Shown here piece after piece: positions 36,598-42,138 of a stretch of DNA of 42,138 nucleotides. Every line of letters starts with the position of its first letter. Position 1 is the stretch's first letter. Under the pieces are notes generated by a model that worked only from the letters and a program-made list of their open reading frames with translations, had not been told where the DNA came from and searched no databases. Source of the stretch: Candidatus Omnitrophota bacterium (GTDB lineage: Bacteria > Omnitrophota > Gorgyraeia > Tantalellales > Tantalellaceae); assembly GCA_043822885.1 (NCBI GenBank), contig JBDRBI010000034.1, positions 1-42,138 on the forward strand, given 5' to 3'. Position numbers and translations under genes: made by a program.

Positions 36598-39381
36598 GTG
36601 AGCATGGACCATATTATTATCAGGGGGGCGAGAGAGCATAATCTTAAGGGGATAAATGTTACTATTCCTAGGAATGCTTTATGTGTGGTAACGGGCCTTT
36701 CCGGATCGGGTAAATCATCTTTGGCCTTTGATACCATATACGCAGAGGGGCAACGACGTTATGTTGAGTCATTGTCAAGCTATGCGAGACAGTTCATAGA
36801 ACAGCTTCAGAAGCCTCGTGTAGACCAGATAGAAGGGTTGTCTCCTACCATAAGCATAGAACAGCGTACGGGGGGAAGAAATCCCCGCTCGACCGTAGGA
36901 ACGCAAACAGAAATTTATGACTATCTTAGGGTGTTGTTCGCGCGAGTCGGGCTGCAGCATTGTCCCAAATGCGGAAAGAGGATAACGGGACAAAGTTCAC
37001 AGCAAATAGTGGACAGCATCTTTTCTTTGCCCAAAGAAGAAACCATATTTATTTTGGCGCCTTTGATCAGCGGAAGAAAAGGCGAGCATCTCGACATAAT
37101 GAAAAACGCGCGCAGCGAAGGGTTTGTGCGGTTACGGCTGGACGGGAAGATAGAGGAGATAGCGGATAACATTCCCGCGCTCAATAAAAAAACAAAACAT
37201 ACCATAGAAGCGGTCGTCGACCGGATAAAGATAAAAGACGGCATAAAAAAAAGACTCGCGGATTCCGTTGAAACGGCTCTCAGGGCGGGCAACGGTATTA
37301 TTAAAGTCTCTTTCCAGGACGCGAAGAGAAAAGATGTTTTATTCAGTGAGCATAATGCGTGCATGAAATGCGGCATAAGTTTCGAAAAACTCGCTCCGAG
37401 GAATTTCTCTTTCAATAGTCCTTACGGAGCGTGTCCGGGATGTAACGGTCTTGGCAATAAAATGGAAATAGACATGGATCTGGTAGTGCCCGACAAAACA
37501 GAACCCCTTTTGAAAGCGGTTGTTCCATGGAAAAGAGGAGGGAAAGGGATAGTTCTTCATTTTCGAAGACGCCTCAGACGGCTTGCCAGATATCATGGTT
37601 TTGATCCGGATATCCCCTTTTGTAAACTGTCACTTGGACAAAAGAAGATGGTTCTTTTTGGGGATGGCGATTCAGCGTTCGAAGGAGTTATTCCCAATCT
37701 TGAAAGACGGTTCAGGGATACGGAGAGTGATTTCATGAAAGAGATGATAGGGTCTTTTATGTCCGTACAGCCCTGTCCCGAATGTAACGGAGAACGATTG
37801 AAAGAAGAATCCAGGAATGTTTTTATCGGTAAAAAAAATATATCAGAGGCATGTAAATTATCTATAATAGAGGCCAAAAAATACTTTTCTTCCGTCAAAT
37901 TTGACAGTATGAGAAAAAAGATAGCGGAAGATGCCCTGAAGGAGATAAAAGCGAGAATTGACTTTATGATAAATGTGGGTTTAGGCTATCTTACTTTGGA
38001 TCGAAAAAGTAATACTCTTTCGGGAGGTGAGGATCAAAGGATAAGGCTGGCCACACAGATCGGATCCGCGCTTTGCGGGGTCCTTTACGTTCTGGACGAA
38101 CCGAGTATAGGATTACATCAGAAAGATAACAAAAAACTGCTCGATACATTGAATGTCCTTAAAGATCTTGGAAACACTCTTATAGTGGTCGAGCATGACG
38201 AGGCGACTATAAGAATGGCCGATCACATCATAGATCTGGGTCCCGGAGCCGGTGAATATGGAGGCAAAGTGATCGCGGAAGGAGATCTGAAAACGATCTT
38301 AGATAGCAAGGAATCTCTTACCGGGCGATATCTGAGAGGGGATCTTAAAATTGAAACACCTAAAACGAGGCGGAAATATGATCATGATAAATGTATTGAG
38401 ATCATCGGGGCCGAAGAGCACAATTTAAAAAAAATAGACGTAAAAATACCTCTTGGACTGTTTAACTGTGTTACGGGAGTATCAGGTTCGGGGAAAAGCA
38501 CGTTGGTTGATGAGATCCTGTATCGAGGGGTCGCCGGAAAACTTTATGGCGCGAAGGACCGTCCGGGTAAACATAAAAAGATAAAAGGGGTGGAGCATAT
38601 AGATAAGATCATTGTTATCGATCAGGATCCTATCGGGAGGACACCAAGATCCAATCCCGCTACGTACACGGGAGCTTTTGATGTTATTCGCAGGCTTTTT
38701 AGCGCTTTGCCGGAAGCGCGTATGCGGGGATATCAGCCCGGCAGATTTAGTTTTAATGTAAAGGGCGGGAGATGCGAATCCTGCCAGGGAGGCGGAGTGA
38801 AACGGATAGAGATGCATTTCCTGCCGGATGTATATGTTACCTGCCGGACATGTAACGGCAGAAGATTTAATGAACAAACGCTCGAAGTAAAATATAAAGG
38901 TTACAGCATACATGAAGTTCTTGAGATGAGCGTGGGAGACGCGCTTAAAATATTCGAACATATACCGGCTGTAAACGGCAAACTGCAAACTCTTTATGAT
39001 GTTGGGTTAGGTTATATTCGGCTGGGGCAGGCGGCTACAACATTATCGGGAGGAGAGGCGCAAAGGGTGAAGATCGCGACCGAACTGTCAAAGAAGGCTA
39101 CAGGCAGGACTCTTTATATTTTAGATGAGCCAACGACCGGTCTTCACTTTGCGGATATAAGTAAATTACTGGAGGTCTTACATAGGTTAGTTTCATCAGG
39201 AAATACCGTTTTGGTCATAGAACATAATTTGGACGTTATTAAGTCCGCCGATCACATAACGGATCTTGGACCCGAAGGAGGTGAAGGAGGAGGAGAGCTT
39301 GTTGCGTGTGGGACGCCCGAACAGGTAGCCGAAAATAAGATGTCCTATACAGGAGCATATCTCAAGACCAAAGATATATGA
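36598..39381 (+). CDS. uvrA: Excinuclease ABC subunit A
   Basis: GAREHNLK, GLSGSGKSSLAFDT, two ABC domains (LSGGE), zinc fingers. Confidence 0.98.
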   Translation: MSMDHIIIRGAREHNLKGINVTIPRNALCVVTGLSGSGKSSLAFDTIYAEGQRRYVESLSSYARQFIEQLQKPRVDQIEGLSPTISIEQRTGGRNPRSTVGTQTEIYDYLRVLFARVGLQHCPKCGKRITGQSSQQIVDSIFSLPKEETIFILAPLISGRKGEHLDIMKNARSEGFVRLRLDGKIEEIADNIPALNKKTKHTIEAVVDRIKIKDGIKKRLADSVETALRAGNGIIKVSFQDAKRKDVLFSEHNACMKCGISFEKLAPRNFSFNSPYGACPGCNGLGNKMEIDMDLVVPDKTEPLLKAVVPWKRGGKGIVLHFRRRLRRLARYHGFDPDIPFCKLSLGQKKMVLFGDGDSAFEGVIPNLERRFRDTESDFMKEMIGSFMSVQPCPECNGERLKEESRNVFIGKKNISEACKLSIIEAKKYFSSVKFDSMRKKIAEDALKEIKARIDFMINVGLGYLTLDRKSNTLSGGEDQRIRLATQIGSALCGVLYVLDEPSIGLHQKDNKKLLDTLNVLKDLGNTLIVVEHDEATIRMADHIIDLGPGAGEYGGKVIAEGDLKTILDSKESLTGRYLRGDLKIETPKTRRKYDHDKCIEIIGAEEHNLKKIDVKIPLGLFNCVTGVSGSGKSTLVDEILYRGVAGKLYGAKDRPGKHKKIKGVEHIDKIIVIDQDPIGRTPRSNPATYTGAFDVIRRLFSALPEARMRGYQPGRFSFNVKGGRCESCQGGGVKRIEMHFLPDVYVTCRTCNGRRFNEQTLEVKYKGYSIHEVLEMSVGDALKIFEHIPAVNGKLQTLYDVGLGYIRLGQAATTLSGGEAQRVKIATELSKKATGRTLYILDEPTTGLHFADISKLLEVLHRLVSSGNTVLVIEHNLDVIKSADHITDLGPEGGEGGGELVACGTPEQVAENKMSYTGAYLKTKDI

Positions 39382-41813
39382 GAAGAACATTGTTTACACT
39401 GATACTTGTTTTTATGATGAGCCCGGTCTCCTCTGGCGATGACGCTATGGTCAGAGCAGAGCTTGACTTTGCCGAAAAAGCCGTAAAAGACGGTTTTTAT
39501 GATCTGGCCGAGAAAAAAATAAATTCTCTTCTTCTCTTGGATGTGGAGCAAAAGAGCGAAGCCGAGGCGCATTTATTGCTGGGAAAAGTGTTTTATGAAA
39601 AGAAAGAACCTCTAAAGGCCGTTACAGAGTTCAATCTGATAATCGACAGGTTCGGCGGTACGGATTTTGCCGCGCGCGCTTTATACTGGATCGCAGAGAC
39701 GTATTTTAAAGAAGGAGATTACGAACAAGCTCTTACTTGTTATCAAAAGGTCATAAGCGAGTATCCTTCGAATGAATACGTTCCGTATTCGAAATATTCT
39801 CAGGCATGGTGCTATGAAGAACTAGGGGAAAAAAACACGGCATTCGAGGTCTTTCAAGATGTCGTAGAGCTCTATCCCACGCACGAACTCGCGATAAAAG
39901 CGAAGTATAGAATAGCGGAAATGCGGTATAAGGAAGGAAAATATAAAGAAGCTATCGTAGAAATTAAAGATTTCATCAATAAATATCCCGTAAGCGAAAG
40001 GATATTCGACGTTTATTACATGCTGGGAGACTCGTATTTCAAAATAAAGGACCATACGAACGCTATATCTTACCTTACTTCATCCGTCACGGGAAATACC
40101 GATAAAGATTCAAAAGCCGCGGCGGAATATAAACTGGCAGCAATATATCTGGAAAAAAAGGAAAAAGATAAGGCCGGTGAATGGTTCCAGAAAGCCTATG
40201 AGGATTCGACGGTTTCAAAAGTGAAAAGCGCGGCGCTGATGGAAAGGGCAAAGATATATTTTGATAAAGGAGAAATGACGGAAGCTTTGGAGGAATACGC
40301 GAAGATCATTGACGTTCTCCCGGAAAATGAATGGACAGATGACGCATATTACTGGAAAGGAGAGGCTCTCTACAAGAAAGGAGATATGCAGGGCGTTATC
40401 GATACTTATACGAGGGCGTTAGAAAAGTTCCCTAACGGGGAGTTTTCATCGCGTATGCATTATGACATGGGATGGGCATATCAAAGCATCGGTGAAGATG
40501 GGAATGCTTTAAAAGAGTACGGCCTCACGGTCGAGACCTCGGATAACAGAGACATGGTGTCCAATGCGCTGTGCAGTATAGCGGAGATCTTGTACAGAGA
40601 GGGAGAGGATAAAAAGGCAATTGATGTGTATGATCGTGTTCTTAGAGAGTTCCCGGATAGTATCTTGGCAGATTACGCCCAGTATGAAGTAGGGTCTATA
40701 CTGAAAAAGAAAGGGCATACAGATTCGGCTATACTCGCGTTTCAGTCATTAGTGGTGAACTTCCCTAAAACCACATTTTTGGACAAATCTTTGTATCAAT
40801 TGGGGCTTCTGTATTCCGAGAAAGGAGATTATCAGAGCGCTATCAATCAGATGGACAGACTTATCGAAGAAGTGCCGGAAAGCAGATTGAGGGACGAAGC
40901 GTTAATGAACAAAGCGCACGCTCTTTATAACAGAGGAGATAATAAAGAGGCTTTGAAAATATATTCGGATATTTCAAGCAGAGCCAAAGACAAGGATATG
41001 CTGTCGAGAGCCAAATATCATATAGGATGGACTTATTACAAGATGGGCAAAGAAAAAGAGGCGCTTGATACTTTCGATAAAATTTTAAAGGAAGAAGGTA
41101 ACGACAGATTTGTGCCCGGGATAAAATTATGGTTCGGCGAATATTATTATGGGAAAGGTGATTTTACCGGAGCCATAAAGTATTTTTCCGACATAATCGA
41201 GAATTTCCCGAGCACCAAAGTCGCGCTTGACGCCTCATATTGGCTGGGATGGGCTTATCATGACAATAATATGCAGAAAGAAAGCATTGCCCAATTTGAA
41301 AAGATCATTAGCGAACAACCTTTGAGTAAATGGACCCCTCAGACAATACTGGCAATGGGTGATGTTTATAAGAGAAAGGGAGATTATGCTAAAGCCATAA
41401 TGCAGTATGAGAAGCTTATAAAAAAATATCCCGAAAGCGCGATAACCAATATAGCGAATAATCGTATAGGCACGATATTGAAAATACAGGAAAATTATAC
41501 TTTGGCCGCGGAATATCTCAAGATAGCTCTGACGGGAGAAAATTCCGAGGTCAATGCGCAGATACAATTTGATATAGCGGAATGTTACGAAAAGATGGGC
41601 AGAGAAGAAGAAGCTGTGGGTGAGTACTTAAATACCGAGTACAGGTACCCTCAAGGCGGGTTTTGGGTGAAACGCGCGCGTTTAAAATGCGCGGAACTTT
41701 TAGAAAAACACGGGGATATAGAAAGGGCCCTTCTTTTATATCAGAAACTGGCCGAGGGCGAGGGGCAAGAAGCCGAATATGCGAGAGGAAAAATGCAACT
41801 TTTGGGGAAATAG
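39378..41813 (+). CDS. Exported multi-TPR protein (CpoB/BamD-like repeats)
   Basis: Signal peptide; many TPRs with 'YP.S..A..A.Y' motifs; ATGA overlap with uvrA. Confidence 0.85.
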   Translation: MRRTLFTLILVFMMSPVSSGDDAMVRAELDFAEKAVKDGFYDLAEKKINSLLLLDVEQKSEAEAHLLLGKVFYEKKEPLKAVTEFNLIIDRFGGTDFAARALYWIAETYFKEGDYEQALTCYQKVISEYPSNEYVPYSKYSQAWCYEELGEKNTAFEVFQDVVELYPTHELAIKAKYRIAEMRYKEGKYKEAIVEIKDFINKYPVSERIFDVYYMLGDSYFKIKDHTNAISYLTSSVTGNTDKDSKAAAEYKLAAIYLEKKEKDKAGEWFQKAYEDSTVSKVKSAALMERAKIYFDKGEMTEALEEYAKIIDVLPENEWTDDAYYWKGEALYKKGDMQGVIDTYTRALEKFPNGEFSSRMHYDMGWAYQSIGEDGNALKEYGLTVETSDNRDMVSNALCSIAEILYREGEDKKAIDVYDRVLREFPDSILADYAQYEVGSILKKKGHTDSAILAFQSLVVNFPKTTFLDKSLYQLGLLYSEKGDYQSAINQMDRLIEEVPESRLRDEALMNKAHALYNRGDNKEALKIYSDISSRAKDKDMLSRAKYHIGWTYYKMGKEKEALDTFDKILKEEGNDRFVPGIKLWFGEYYYGKGDFTGAIKYFSDIIENFPSTKVALDASYWLGWAYHDNNMQKESIAQFEKIISEQPLSKWTPQTILAMGDVYKRKGDYAKAIMQYEKLIKKYPESAITNIANNRIGTILKIQENYTLAAEYLKIALTGENSEVNAQIQFDIAECYEKMGREEEAVGEYLNTEYRYPQGGFWVKRARLKCAELLEKHGDIERALLLYQKLAEGEGQEAEYARGKMQLLGK

Positions 41814-41863
41814 GACTAAGGATTTAGGGTAGAAAGATTAAGTGACTATAGACCATTGACCAT

Positions 41864-42138
41864 CACTAGTGTCCGGTTATAAGTCGAACAATAATAGCTG
41901 GTTATGAGAATCGCCCATTTCGTTTTTGCTATCAAACTGTGCAAGTGCCCGTAGAATGGGGGTTTTCTCGAAAATAGTAATACTTAAAATCTGTAATATT
42001 GTGTAGAGACTATGCTCTATTTTTAGTTGTTTTTTAATTATTGCGATCAGTACATATGTTGAAATCGCTATCCAAATTTGAGTTTTTACAGCATTTTCGG
42101 ATGTTCCGTAAAATGCTTTTATGCGCAAATGTTGTTTT
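41864..42138 (-). mobile_element. 3' end of an IS4-family insertion sequence, truncated by the window edge
   Basis: Transposase C-terminus; putative terminal IR CACTAGTGTCCGGTTA at 41864-41879 overlapping the stop codon. Confidence 0.85.
41877..42138 (-). CDS. IS4-family transposase, C-terminal fragment
   Basis: KQHLRIKAFYGTSENAVKTQIWIAISTYVL. Confidence 0.88.
   Translation of the reverse strand, partial: KQHLRIKAFYGTSENAVKTQIWIAISTYVLIAIIKKQLKIEHSLYTILQILSITIFEKTPILRALAQFDSKNEMGDSHNQLLLFDL

Overview
Bacterial chromosomal segment, almost all on the + strand. The gene style suggests a PVC/Omnitrophota-like organism, but this is an unverified inference. Gene content in order: a sulfur amino-acid operon (Rrf2/CymR-like, metY, cysK, metX, metW); a UvrD-PD-(D/E)XK helicase-nuclease and YhaM; a divergent pair of a membrane-anchored carbohydrate-binding protein and an orphan ParA fused to a glycogen-binding CBM48-like domain; an ArfB-like factor; an NSS transporter with an unannotated 34-aa partner; PC4-PilZ-HIT-PilZ-YjbQ; DUF4416 and two membrane proteins; the housekeeping block rpsO-pnp-dut-uppP-ftsK-rodZ-rimO-pgsA-pgpA; an HTH/HK/RR/HD-GYP signalling operon; an XRE-cupin regulator; an orphan exported protein; uvrA; a long TPR protein; and the 3' end of an IS4-family element. 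Most larger intergenic gaps are built from repeats: several 7/8/9-mer tandem families set as inverted brackets, small palindromic elements nested in them, and two families of long (about 190-230 nt) covarying hairpins. The long hairpins form mirror-image composite blocks on both sides of the orphan gene upstream of uvrA. The best candidates for new biology are (i) the ParA-CBM48 plus TM-CBM pair, a possible glucan-granule positioning system, and (ii) the structured-repeat cassette architecture.
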